Part shown: piece after piece, positions 20,077 through 29,444 of the stretch
Layout: each line of letters opens with the position of its first letter
How positions within the stretch are numbered: position 1 is the stretch's first letter
The notes under the pieces: generated by a model
The model's input: only the letters and a program-made list of their open reading frames with translations
Databases searched by the model: none
Told to the model about the DNA's origin: nothing
Assembly (NCBI GenBank): GCA_018812525.1
Contig: JAHJDE010000093.1
Location: 27,288 to 91,287 of the forward strand
Source: Gammaproteobacteria bacterium
Lineage (GTDB): Bacteria; Pseudomonadota; Gammaproteobacteria; Chromatiales; Chromatiaceae
Length of the DNA stretch: 64,000 nucleotides
Direction of reading: 5' to 3'
Made by a program: the position numbers and the translations under genes

Positions 20077-21453
20077 CTAATTCTTTACTCCGTCCCCATC
20101 CTTCACTGGAACCGCTTTTTTTTGCAAGATATGCAAACCCTTCAATAGATTGACAGCCTCGTTGAGGGCATAGTCCTGCACGGCCAATGTTGTCCCAGGC
20201 GCTCCATCCTTTTCCTTATCTCCTGCCTTTTTCTCTTTCGCCCCCTTATCCTCAGCCTTTTTTTGTTCCAGATGCCTGGCCAGATCCGATTCCTTGACCC
20301 GATGCATTCCATTGTTTTCGCTGGGTGTCACCTTGACTTCCTCTATGCTGATGTCGGGTGCGATGCCCTGGGCCTGAATGGACCGTCCAGAAGGTGTGTA
20401 GTAGCGTGCCGTTGTCAGTTTCAGCGCCCCGTGCTCTCCCACAGGAATTACAGTCTGCACTGATCCCTTGCCGAAGGTTTGTTCACCCATGATGATGGCA
20501 CGCTTTCTGTCCTGGAGGGCGCCGGCGACTATCTCCGATGCGGAAGCAGAACCGTCATTCACCAGCACGACCAGCGGGGCTCCTTGTAGGACATCACCGG
20601 GATTGGCTGAAAACTTGAGTTGAGAGTCTGGCAATCTTCCTTCGGTGTAAACGATCATTCCATCCTCGAGAAAGGCATCGCTTACATCGACGGCTCCATT
20701 GAGCACTCCGCCTGGATTATTTCGCAAGTCCAGGACCATTCCTTTCAAGTCGTTATTCGACTCTTTAAGTTGTTGCTCAATGGCCTTAACCATTTCATCC
20801 GCCGTATTCGCCTGGAAAGTCGTCAGGCGGACATAGGCGTATCCTGGCTCTAGGATGCGCGTCTTGACGCTCTTGACCTTGATGACGGCCCTTTCGATGG
20901 TGAATTCCAAGGGCTTATCCTTTCCTTTTCGCAACACCGTCAACCCGATCGACGTCCCCGGTTTTCCCCGCATATTCTTGACGGCGTCGTCCAGGCTCAT
21001 GCCTTTCACCGGTTTATCGTTCAGGCGGATGACCAGGTCTCCCGCCTCCAGCCCAGCCCGTTGCGCTGGGGTGTCATCTATAGGGGAAATGACCTTGACG
21101 AAGCCATCCTCCATCCCAACCTCAATCCCTAACCCACCAAACTCACCGCTGGTTCCCACCTGAAGCTCCTTATACTCCTCCTTGTTCAGGTAGCTGGAAT
21201 GGGGATCAAGCCCCTCTACCATGCCGCGGATGGCGTGCTCGATCAGCTTTCGATCAGTCACCTTCTCCACATAGTCGCTTTTGATCCGATCGAAGATCTC
21301 GGCGAAGGCCCGCAATTCCTCTATGGGCAATTTCTCTTCCTTGCTCGATTCCGTTGCTGTTTCTGCCGATATCAATGAAGGCAATACCATCAATGAAAGG
21401 CTGAAGGTAAGTGTGACAAAACGTTTTGAATTCATCTGTCGGTCCATTTCCAA
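20077..21453 (-). CDS. ctpA: carboxy-terminal processing protease, S41 family
   Basis: 458 aa. Signal peptide, PDZ region (GLEAGDLVIRLNDKPV), S41 motifs LDLRNNPGG and GSASASEI. Exact start among the N-terminal Met codons is uncertain. Confidence 0.9.
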   Translation of the reverse strand: MEMDRQMNSKRFVTLTFSLSLMVLPSLISAETATESSKEEKLPIEELRAFAEIFDRIKSDYVEKVTDRKLIEHAIRGMVEGLDPHSSYLNKEEYKELQVGTSGEFGGLGIEVGMEDGFVKVISPIDDTPAQRAGLEAGDLVIRLNDKPVKGMSLDDAVKNMRGKPGTSIGLTVLRKGKDKPLEFTIERAVIKVKSVKTRILEPGYAYVRLTTFQANTADEMVKAIEQQLKESNNDLKGMVLDLRNNPGGVLNGAVDVSDAFLEDGMIVYTEGRLPDSQLKFSANPGDVLQGAPLVVLVNDGSASASEIVAGALQDRKRAIIMGEQTFGKGSVQTVIPVGEHGALKLTTARYYTPSGRSIQAQGIAPDISIEEVKVTPSENNGMHRVKESDLARHLEQKKAEDKGAKEKKAGDKEKDGAPGTTLAVQDYALNEAVNLLKGLHILQKKAVPVKDGDGVKN

Positions 21454-21536
21454 AGGGCGGATCCCGTAAATCGGGGTGGCGATGGTATTGCGGCTACTCT
21501 ACACCCTGGCCGCGTTTGGTGGCAGTAATCGGATAA

Positions 21537-22721
21537 TTACACAATCTTGTTGCCCTTCATTGGCTTGCACCAGGATGTGGGATTGAGGGGCTTTCCCTTA
21601 TAGCGGACACCAAAATATACCCCGCTCTTACTCTGGCCTCCACTGCTGCCCGCCAGGGCAATGGCCTCCCCTGCCGCCACCCAGTCGCCGACCTCCTTCA
21701 GCAGGCCTTGGTTGTGTCCGTAGAGGCTCATATAGCCATTGCCGTGATCAATGATGAGCAGCAGCCCGAAGCCCCTTAACCATTCGGCGTAGGCTACGCG
21801 ACCACTGTGGATTGCTTTTACCTCGCGCCCTTCCGCTACCGAGATGAATACCCCATCCCATTCCAGGCCGGCCTCCCTGGGTGTGCCGAAATTCGCCACC
21901 ATCTCGCCGGATGCCGGCCAAGGCATTCGCCCCCTCGAGGCGTCGAAGGGTTTATTTTGTTCGGATTGTGCAGGAATGTCCGCCAAGGCGTCTTGCAGAC
22001 TGGCGATCAATTTCGTCAGTTCTTTTACATCGGTTTGCAACTGGGTGAGCTCCTTACCTTTATCTGAGATCTGTTTACGCAGCTCCTCCAGTAACCCTTC
22101 GCGCTCAGCCTTATCCTTCTCCAGCTCCATTTTCCTAGCCAATGCCTGGTCCCTCAGCTCATTCAGGCGGCTTTCCTCCTGGACGATCGCCTCCCTTGTC
22201 CCTTGCAATCGCTTCAATATTTCACGTATCCGCCCTATACGTCTGGCCCGCTCGTTACTCAGGTAGGTGTGATATTCCAGCATTCTGCCCAGTAGCGCCG
22301 GTTCCTCCTGATTCAAGAGCACCTTGATCCTTTCCTGTCTCCCCATGGCATATGTTGCCAGCATTTGCTTTGATAAAAGCTGGCGATGCCGCTCCAATTC
22401 AGTCGCTTGGCGCTGCTCCTGCGTCCGGAGCTCGCCGATCAAAACCTGTTGTCGCTGCAATTGGCCATCGATGGACCGGAGACGGGATATGGCCCCCCCC
22501 ATTCTGCTTTCGACATCACGCAACTCCCGACTGAACCGCCCCATCTTCCCCCGGTCATTGTCAAGCATCGTAGTGACATCCTTGATGCGGGCGCGCAACT
22601 CCTTTAGTTCGGCCTCATGACGGCCGACATCGCTTGCGGAACCTTCGTAGGAGAATATCAGCGCGAAGACTGCTGCAATGGCTGGAAGAACGATTTTAAT
22701 AGCCTGCCTAGGGGTGTTCAT
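21537..22721 (-). CDS. envC: murein hydrolase activator EnvC-like (coiled coil plus M23 peptidase domain)
   Basis: Long coiled-coil N-terminal half and a C-terminal LytM/M23 domain (GLLLIIDHGNGYMSLYGHN). Start placed at internal ATG MNTPRQ. Upstream of ctpA, as is common. Confidence 0.85.
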   Translation of the reverse strand: MNTPRQAIKIVLPAIAAVFALIFSYEGSASDVGRHEAELKELRARIKDVTTMLDNDRGKMGRFSRELRDVESRMGGAISRLRSIDGQLQRQQVLIGELRTQEQRQATELERHRQLLSKQMLATYAMGRQERIKVLLNQEEPALLGRMLEYHTYLSNERARRIGRIREILKRLQGTREAIVQEESRLNELRDQALARKMELEKDKAEREGLLEELRKQISDKGKELTQLQTDVKELTKLIASLQDALADIPAQSEQNKPFDASRGRMPWPASGEMVANFGTPREAGLEWDGVFISVAEGREVKAIHSGRVAYAEWLRGFGLLLIIDHGNGYMSLYGHNQGLLKEVGDWVAAGEAIALAGSSGGQSKSGVYFGVRYKGKPLNPTSWCKPMKGNKIV

Positions 22722-22865
22722 CAGTTTCTGGCCCAGGTTTTTGGATCTTGGTCCATATGCCCATTTCGGCATCAGTGTCCAAACCTGCACGGCAACCTTG
22801 TGGTTCTGCCATTTTTCAGATAAAACCGCATCACTTTATTACCATTCAGTTATGGAGGATGTTGG

Positions 22866-23222
22866 ATGATATCCGGCATTGATAATCTCAGCCGTTCCGT
22901 CTTGAGCCGTGATGACCTGGATGAACTACTTGAAGGCGACGAGGATATCGAGCGCGCTTCACGCTCCCTTAAGGCTATGTCTCATCCCCTGCGCCTCAAG
23001 ATCCTCTGCGTCCTTGGTGATCGCGAGGTGAGTGTTCAGGATATTGTCGACAATGTCGGTACATCTCAGAGTAATATCTCGCAACACTTGGCCATACTCC
23101 GAGACAAGGGCATCCTCTCTTCCAGAAAGGATGCCAACAGGGTCTACTACCGAGTGGGGGATGCAAGGACATTGCAACTAATCAGTATGATGAAACAGGT
23201 TTTTTGTTCACATGGCGGTTAA
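22866..23222 (+). CDS. ArsR/SmtB family transcriptional regulator
   Basis: LKAMSHPLRLKILCVLGDREVSVQDIV..VGTSQSNISQHLAILRDKGIL..RKDANRVYY is a winged-helix ArsR signature. Confidence 0.85.
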   Translation: MISGIDNLSRSVLSRDDLDELLEGDEDIERASRSLKAMSHPLRLKILCVLGDREVSVQDIVDNVGTSQSNISQHLAILRDKGILSSRKDANRVYYRVGDARTLQLISMMKQVFCSHGG

Positions 23223-23655
23223 ATTCATGGCTCAACTTATCGAATTTGCGGGAAATCATCTCTTGCTGGTGGGCGGGTTTGTCGCCGTCTCATTCCTTTT
23301 GATTCAAGATCTTCTCACGGGTGGTTTCGGCAAGGGCGCAGTCGACCCTAAGGGCGCCACCGAGCTGATTAACCAGCAAAATGCGGTGGTCTTGGATGTG
23401 CGGCCAAGCGCTGATTTCAGTAAAGGACACATCATTAATGCGGTCAACATCCCAATGAGCGGTTTCAGTGGTCAAATCGACAAGCTCCGCAAGCATCAGG
23501 ATCAGCCGATTATCGTCAGTTGCCGTTCCGGAGGTCAATCTAGCACGGCTTGCCGGATGTTGCGCAAGGAAGGCTTTGCCCAAGTCTTCAATCTCCAGGG
23601 AGGAATGCTGGCCTGGCAAAATGCCAATTTCCCCGTCAGCCGCAAAAGGAAATAG
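23212..23655 (+). CDS. rhodanese-like domain protein with N-terminal TM segment (YibN-like)
   Basis: 147 aa. Hydrophobic N-terminus, VVLDVRP..DF.KGHI..A.NIP, active-site loop CRSGGQS. Position before secB-gpsA matches E. coli yibN. Confidence 0.8.
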   Translation: MAVKFMAQLIEFAGNHLLLVGGFVAVSFLLIQDLLTGGFGKGAVDPKGATELINQQNAVVLDVRPSADFSKGHIINAVNIPMSGFSGQIDKLRKHQDQPIIVSCRSGGQSSTACRMLRKEGFAQVFNLQGGMLAWQNANFPVSRKRK

Positions 23656-23758
23656 TCGGTATACTGCGCCAGCCTGACCCCATTGCTTTTTTCGGGATTG
23701 AGTCATGGGGCATGCAATCCTTTCCATTCAATAAATCCGACCCGTAACGGAACCCATC

Positions 23759-24223
23759 ATGAGCGACGAAAATCAGTCTGAGGACAAGAGGAACTTTGAA
23801 CTTAAACGGATTTATCTCAAGGACGTTTCATTCGAGACCCCGAACTCACCTCGTATCTTCCTGGAAGACTGGACACCCAAGATTGAATTTCAACTCGGGA
23901 CTGAAACCCAGGCACTTGAGAACAACCACTTCGAGGTAGTGCTGAAGGTGACCGTAACCTGCACCATGGACGAGCGCACAGCCTTTCTAGTGGAGATACA
24001 TCAAGGCGGTATTTTCGTCCTGCAGGGATTCAGTGACCAGGAAATGACCTACCAGATTGGCAGTCATTGCCCTCAAATCCTCTTCCCCTATGCGCGTGAA
24101 GCTGTATCTGATCTCGTCAGCAAGGGGGGCTTCCCCCAGTTTCTTCTAACTCCCGTCAATTTCGATCATCTGTTGGCCCAGCATATGCGAAACATGCAAG
24201 CCCAACGAGACAATGGAAATTAA
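23759..24223 (+). CDS. secB: protein-export chaperone SecB
   Basis: F.L.RIYLKDVSFE.PNSP..F; LFPYAREAVSDLVSKGGFPQ..L.PVNFD.L. Confidence 0.9.
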   Translation: MSDENQSEDKRNFELKRIYLKDVSFETPNSPRIFLEDWTPKIEFQLGTETQALENNHFEVVLKVTVTCTMDERTAFLVEIHQGGIFVLQGFSDQEMTYQIGSHCPQILFPYAREAVSDLVSKGGFPQFLLTPVNFDHLLAQHMRNMQAQRDNGN

Positions 24224-24232
24224 GGCTGCCAT

Positions 24233-25246
24233 ATGAGCCGTATTGCTGTCCTAGGCGCCGGCTCTTGGGGGTCGGCGCTAGCTATACTCTTGGCCCGTAA
24301 CGGACATGCTGTGGCTTTGTGGGACCATTTCCCCGACCACATCGGAAACCTGATTGCGGATGGGGAAAACCGTCGTTTTCTTCCAGGCATTGCTTTCCCT
24401 GCGGGCATCGAACCTAGTGCCGAACTGGCATATGCCCTGAAAGCGGTCGAAATTGTCCTGATTGTCGTTCCAAGTCATGCCTTCCGTTCCATCCTCCTTC
24501 AGGCAGCCCCGCATCTGCCAGGACAGGCGATTATCAGTTGGGCCGCCAAGGGGCTTGAACCAGGTTGTGGCCGCCTCCTCAGCCAGGTAGCAATCGATGT
24601 GCTCGGCCCCAGGGATGTCGCCGTGGTTTCCGGCCCCACTTTCGCGGCGGAAGTCGCACGGGGCCTGCCAACCGCCATTACTGTTGCATCGACTGATGCG
24701 GGGCATGCCTCGCGAGTCGCCGGTTGTTTGCATGGTGAATCCTTTCGGGCCTATACCAGTACCGATGTCATTGGAGTTCAAATCGGGGGGGCGGTAAAGA
24801 ATGTGATGGCCATAGCCGCAGGGATCGCTGATGGTCTCGGATTTGGCGCCAATGCCCGCGCGGCACTGATTACCCGCGGCCTGGCCGAGATATTGCGACT
24901 TGGCTTGGCCCTTGGGGGTCATGCGGATACCTTCATGGGGCTTGCGGGGCTGGGCGATCTTGTCCTTACCTGCACGGATAACCAGTCACGCAATCGACGG
25001 ATGGGCCTAGCCCTGGCGGCAGGGAAAGGCATTGATCAGGCAAGGATGGAGATTGGCCAGGAGGTGGAGGGCGTCGGCACGACCCGTGAGGTGTATCGGC
25101 TGGCTAATTCGATGATTGTGGACATGCCGATTACAACCCAGGTCTATCGTGTTCTCTACCAGGGACTCTCACCAGACCAAGCCGTGCATAACCTGCTCGG
25201 CCGGAAACAAAAGGCCGAATCAGATCGAGAATCTTCTCGGGGTTAG
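24233..25246 (+). CDS. gpsA: NAD(P)H-dependent glycerol-3-phosphate dehydrogenase
   Basis: IAVLGAGSWG.ALA..LA.NGH.V.LW; GAVKNV.AIAAGI.DGLG.G.NA.AALITRGLAE. Confidence 0.95.
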   Translation: MSRIAVLGAGSWGSALAILLARNGHAVALWDHFPDHIGNLIADGENRRFLPGIAFPAGIEPSAELAYALKAVEIVLIVVPSHAFRSILLQAAPHLPGQAIISWAAKGLEPGCGRLLSQVAIDVLGPRDVAVVSGPTFAAEVARGLPTAITVASTDAGHASRVAGCLHGESFRAYTSTDVIGVQIGGAVKNVMAIAAGIADGLGFGANARAALITRGLAEILRLGLALGGHADTFMGLAGLGDLVLTCTDNQSRNRRMGLALAAGKGIDQARMEIGQEVEGVGTTREVYRLANSMIVDMPITTQVYRVLYQGLSPDQAVHNLLGRKQKAESDRESSRG

Positions 25247-25707
25247 GCCTTACCAGGAAAGCCCTGCTGACGCCAGGCCTCGTAAACCACCACTGCGACC
25301 GCGTTGGAGAGATTCAGGCTACGATTGTTTGGCAGCATGGGTATTCGAAGCCAAGTCTCCCTTGGGATTTTCTCCAGTACGGCTTCAGGCAGGCCGCGCG
25401 TTTCCGGTCCGAACAAGAGGCAATCCCCCCGCCGGAAGGCGATATCGGCGTAATTGGTACTGCCCTTTGTCGTGCAGGGGAATATTCTCTGCTCGGGGTA
25501 TTGCGCCAGAAATTCATCCAGATTCCCATGTACCGACATCTCGGCAAATTCCCGGTAATCCAGTCCGGCCCTGCGCATACGCCGGTCATCGAGCTCGAAC
25601 CCCAATGGCGCAACCAGATGGAGCCGGGCTCCCGTATTGGCGCATAGGCGTATAATGTTGCCCGTATTCGGCGGTATCTCCGGCTCAACTAGCACCACAT
25701 GACACAC
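25243..25707 (-). CDS. trmL: tRNA (cytidine/uridine-2'-O)-methyltransferase TrmL
   Basis: VVLVEPEIPPNTGNIIRLCANTGA.LHLV.PLGF..DD...RRAGLDY (SPOUT). The 207-aa ORF is about 50 aa too long. I place the start at an in-frame GTG (25707) giving about 154 aa; this is uncertain. Confidence 0.8.
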   Translation of the reverse strand: MCHVVLVEPEIPPNTGNIIRLCANTGARLHLVAPLGFELDDRRMRRAGLDYREFAEMSVHGNLDEFLAQYPEQRIFPCTTKGSTNYADIAFRRGDCLLFGPETRGLPEAVLEKIPRETWLRIPMLPNNRSLNLSNAVAVVVYEAWRQQGFPGKA

Positions 25708-25717
25708 AGGTTCCGAT

Positions 25718-26680
25718 ATGACTGAATCCTCTCCCCTCGCCCTGGAATTCTGCGGCATGCGGTTCAATACCCCTCTGGTGCTCTTGTCCGGTTGCGTTGG
25801 ATTCGGCGATGAGTATACGCGGGTGAAGGGCTTTTCCAACCGGGAGGTCGGAGCAGTTTGCCTCAAGGGGACAACACTCGAACCCCGCCTCGGTAATGCC
25901 CCCCATCGCGTTTACGAAACCGCCGCCGGGATGCTCAACGCCATAGGTCTGCAAAATCCTGGCGTAGATCGTGTCGTACGGGAAATCCTCCCCACACTCG
26001 ACCCTAGTGAGACCCGCTTCATCGCCAATGTCTCTGGTTCCTCCGTGGAGGAATACCAGGAGGTCACTCGCCGCTTCGACGACTCACCCGTAGATGCCAT
26101 CGAGATCAATATCTCTTGTCCTAATGTCAAGGAGGGGGGGGTCGCCTTTGGCAATGACCCCGGCATGTCCGCGCGCGTGGTGGAGGCCTGTCGCAAGGCG
26201 ACTCGAAAGCCACTGATTACGAAGCTCTCACCCAATCAAACCGATATTTCCCAAAATGCCAAGCGTTGCATCGACGCGGGAACCGATGCCTTCTCCGTCA
26301 TTAATACGTTGATGGGTATGGCGATTGACATCCAAAGCCGAAAGCCCTTTCTGGGCAACAATCAGGGCGGACTCTCCGGCCCCGCCATCAAGCCAGTTGC
26401 ATTGCTGAAGGTCCATCAGGTCTATCAGGTGGCGAAGGGACACAGCATTCCCATCATTGGGCAGGGCGGTGTTCGCTCTGCTGAAGATGCCATAGAGTTC
26501 TTGATTGCCGGCGCCAGCGCAGTAGGAGTGGGTACCGCCCTGTTTTACGATCCCTTGGTCTGCAACCGAATCAATCTTGGCATCAGGGATTACCTCGAAC
26601 GACAGGGGATCCCCTGTGTCAAAGAACTCACTGGAACCCTCCGCCTCCATCAGCCGGGTCCCATTCAATGCGGTTGCTGA
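25718..26680 (+). CDS. pyrD: dihydroorotate dehydrogenase, class 1 type (catalytic subunit-like)
   Basis: 320 aa, no N-terminal membrane anchor. F.TP..L.SG..GFG; MLNAIGLQNPG; catalytic-Cys motif EINISCPNV (class 2 enzymes have Ser here). Confidence 0.8.
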   Translation: MTESSPLALEFCGMRFNTPLVLLSGCVGFGDEYTRVKGFSNREVGAVCLKGTTLEPRLGNAPHRVYETAAGMLNAIGLQNPGVDRVVREILPTLDPSETRFIANVSGSSVEEYQEVTRRFDDSPVDAIEINISCPNVKEGGVAFGNDPGMSARVVEACRKATRKPLITKLSPNQTDISQNAKRCIDAGTDAFSVINTLMGMAIDIQSRKPFLGNNQGGLSGPAIKPVALLKVHQVYQVAKGHSIPIIGQGGVRSAEDAIEFLIAGASAVGVGTALFYDPLVCNRINLGIRDYLERQGIPCVKELTGTLRLHQPGPIQCGC

Positions 26681-26836
26681 GCCTTCATACCTCTTTTGAG
26701 ATATGAAAAAGGGGTGTCATGGCAAGGAGGCTGCTGATATATTAGCCAACCTTCAAGTAGCGGAATATTAAGACATCCGGCATGATCGGATGGAAACCGA
26801 ATTCGTTTAACCGCCGAGCCACTGGGGTATAGATAC

Positions 26837-27064
26837 ATGAGCGATAGAGCAGCACTCATCAGGGAAAAGCAAGATTTGATCAGCCAGATGCTGGATATGC
26901 AGAAGCAATTCATCGAGTATGAACATCAGCACGGCGTCTCAGGTAAGGACTATTGGGCTTCCAGCGATGGTCTACTGGCTGATTACCGCCAGAAGTATCT
27001 GGATATGGCAGATCGTGTCGTAGATCTGGCCCATCAGATCGTAGGTTCCAGGCGCGTCGACTGA
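26837..27064 (+). CDS. hypothetical protein (75 aa)
   Basis: ORF track only, no family recognised. Ends just before a strong terminator hairpin, which supports it as a transcription unit. Confidence 0.4.
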   Translation: MSDRAALIREKQDLISQMLDMQKQFIEYEHQHGVSGKDYWASSDGLLADYRQKYLDMADRVVDLAHQIVGSRRVD

Positions 27065-27086
27065 AAAATATCGCTCCCGCTAGCAC

Positions 27087-27119
27087 AAAAACCCCGGCCT
27101 TGAGCCGGGGTTTTTGTTT
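27087..27119. terminator. bidirectional Rho-independent terminator
   Basis: AAAAACCCCGGCcttgaGCCGGGGTTTTTG. Perfect 7-bp G/C core stem, extended to 12 bp by the flanking A and T runs, so it can terminate in both directions. Lies between convergent genes. Confidence 0.75.
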
Positions 27120-27259
27120 CATCAGCCATGCTGACTTTACCGTGAAAGTCGCGAAACGCGCGTTTGCCCCCTCCCCCATTTGGGGGGAGGGTTGGGGAGG
27201 GGGAGCGATCAGGACAGGCCTGATCGTTAGTCTCCCAGCACTAAAACAAGCCGTGCCCA

Positions 27260-28666
27260 TCATTCGTCTGTTATTGCCCGGCGTGACTCGATCATGGACT
27301 GGAAACCTGACTCGAAGAAGAATCGATCTTGCCCAAAGGCCGGCTCAAGCTGGTGAAGCCAAGTGGCCTTTTCATCGAATTTAGCGAAAAAAGGGCGATG
27401 AACCCAATCGGGGTCCCGCCCCTGAATGAAGTGCAATACGAAGACCTTTTCGCCGCGAATTCTGCTGACACCTTGGATCTCGATCTTTCCCGGGTCACTG
27501 CTCATGCCGGGACCACGGGCCGTCCTTCCAAGCCCCGAAACCCGTTTCTTGGCGTCTCGGCATATCTGCCAGGCCTGATATAACGGCACATCGAAATAGT
27601 TGCGTGCCCCCGTGTCCCGCTCGATAAACATATAGTAGGGAACAATGCCCAACTGTACCTGGGTGTTCCACATTTTTGCCCATACATCCGGATCATCATT
27701 GATGTTTCTAAGCAATGGACCCTGGCTCCGAATTTGCGCCCCGGTCTCACGAACTCTTTTAATGGCAATCCTCGCGATGTCTGTTTCGAGTTCTTTCCAA
27801 TGGTTGTAGTGGGCCATGATTGCCACATGCTTCCCACCAGACACCAGCCGACGCATGAGGGCCATCAACTCTTGTGAATCCTCATCCGTTACAAAGCGTT
27901 GAGGCCAGAAAGACAATGCCTTTGTTCCAATGCGTATTGTCTGGATATGCTCGAATTCGGGCTTCAGCAGGGGCTCCAAATATCGGGCCAGGTATTTTGT
28001 CTTCATTACCATGGGGTCCCCGCCGGTAACCAGCAGGTCGGTGACCTCTTCATGCCCTTTGAGGTATTTATGCAGTACGCTGGCCTCTGCCGAGGCCATG
28101 CGCAACTCCTTATCCCCTATGAATTGCGCCCAACGGAAACAAAAGCTGCAATAGCTGTGACAGGTCTGTCCCTGGCTTGGAAAGAACAGGACGGTCTCGC
28201 GGTATTTGTGCTGAATTCCTTGCAGCCGATTGCCATCCGCATTGATTGGGACATTCAACGCCAACTGACCTGCCGGGTGAGGATTGAGCTTGGTGCGCAA
28301 TGCCCCGGCAAGGGACTTGATCTCTTGCCTATCAGCCCCTTTTCGATGCAATGAAGCCATCCGGTCATACATCTCATCCTGTAGCATCGCCTTATGGGGA
28401 AAGGTCATCTGGAAAATGGGATCCTGCGGCACCCGTCGCCAGTCAATCAATTCATTGATGACGTATTCATTCACCCGGAAGGGCAAAACACTGGCAACCA
28501 CCTGCATCTCAAAGAGCTGTTCATCGGAGAGCCGCCGCAACGGCTCGATCCGATGCAGGTCGCGATCAGTGAATACCCTGAATATCGGGCTGCCGATTTG
28601 TTCATAATCGACATCTTTTGTCATGGATCTTAGAATTGCACTTTTATCCATTAGACTTTGCTCCAT
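27260..28666 (-). CDS. KamA family radical SAM protein (lysine 2,3-aminomutase-like)
   Basis: CHSYCSFCFRW (CxxxCxxC), TGGDPMVM and YMFIERDTGA are typical of the KamA/EpmB family. Larger (about 468 aa) than EpmB. Start at the internal ATG MEQSLMDK is uncertain (28651-28762 possible). Confidence 0.8.
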   Translation of the reverse strand: MEQSLMDKSAILRSMTKDVDYEQIGSPIFRVFTDRDLHRIEPLRRLSDEQLFEMQVVASVLPFRVNEYVINELIDWRRVPQDPIFQMTFPHKAMLQDEMYDRMASLHRKGADRQEIKSLAGALRTKLNPHPAGQLALNVPINADGNRLQGIQHKYRETVLFFPSQGQTCHSYCSFCFRWAQFIGDKELRMASAEASVLHKYLKGHEEVTDLLVTGGDPMVMKTKYLARYLEPLLKPEFEHIQTIRIGTKALSFWPQRFVTDEDSQELMALMRRLVSGGKHVAIMAHYNHWKELETDIARIAIKRVRETGAQIRSQGPLLRNINDDPDVWAKMWNTQVQLGIVPYYMFIERDTGARNYFDVPLYQAWQICRDAKKRVSGLGRTARGPGMSSDPGKIEIQGVSRIRGEKVFVLHFIQGRDPDWVHRPFFAKFDEKATWLHQLEPAFGQDRFFFESGFQSMIESRRAITDE

Positions 28667-28925
28667 TGTGATACTGATCGCATCACCATAGCATAAATAA
28701 AATAATGACGGCGATAAGCCACGCTTGTCGATGCCTGAATGGTTGTTTGACCTGACATCCACCTTTAATCTACCTTCTCACTCCCATATTGGTGCCAGGT
28801 GCCCTCATCGGGCGGATTGACCGTGCAAGCGGTACCACCGGGAATGCGTTTCAATGGCCATTCGCGGGCCCGACTGGCATGCCGCCCAGCAAAGGCGTAC
28901 GGGTGGTGCGCTGAGGAAAAATCAA

Positions 28926-29444
28926 ATGAAGACCCTGATCCTGGGTGGTGTGAAGTCCGGCAAGAGCCACCTCGCAGAAAGGTTGGCGGCTCAAGCCGGT
29001 CTGGAGGTTGTCTATATTGCCACGGCCACCGTCTGCGACGAGGAGATGGGGGCGCGCATCGCAGGCCATCGAGCCCGCCGCCCCGAACACTGGCGTCTGG
29101 TCGAGGAGTCGCTCGATCTGGCTAGGGTGCTGAAACGGGAGGCCACAGAAAACCGCTGCCTGCTGGTCGATTGTCTGACCCTGTGGCTGACGAATCTTCT
29201 CTGCGCTGAAGATGAGGTACGGATGACCGTCGCCCTGGAGGAGCTTCCGTTGCTGCTGCCGGAGCTTCCCGGCCATCTGATCTTTGTGAGCAACGAGACG
29301 GGCCTGGGCGTGGTGCCCGACAATCGCCTCTCGCGCCGATTTCTCGACCTGGCAGGGCATCTCCATCAAGGCATGGCTGCGCAATGTGATCGGGTGGTGC
29401 TAACCCTGGCCGGCCTTCCCTATCTGCTAAAAGGAGGTCTCTGA
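28926..29444 (+). CDS. cobU: bifunctional adenosylcobinamide kinase / adenosylcobinamide-phosphate guanylyltransferase
   Basis: Internal ATG gives [21 protein letters not shown] (P-loop); ...VDCLT.WL.N; VSNE.G.G.VP. Confidence 0.9.
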   Translation: MKTLILGGVKSGKSHLAERLAAQAGLEVVYIATATVCDEEMGARIAGHRARRPEHWRLVEESLDLARVLKREATENRCLLVDCLTLWLTNLLCAEDEVRMTVALEELPLLLPELPGHLIFVSNETGLGVVPDNRLSRRFLDLAGHLHQGMAAQCDRVVLTLAGLPYLLKGGL

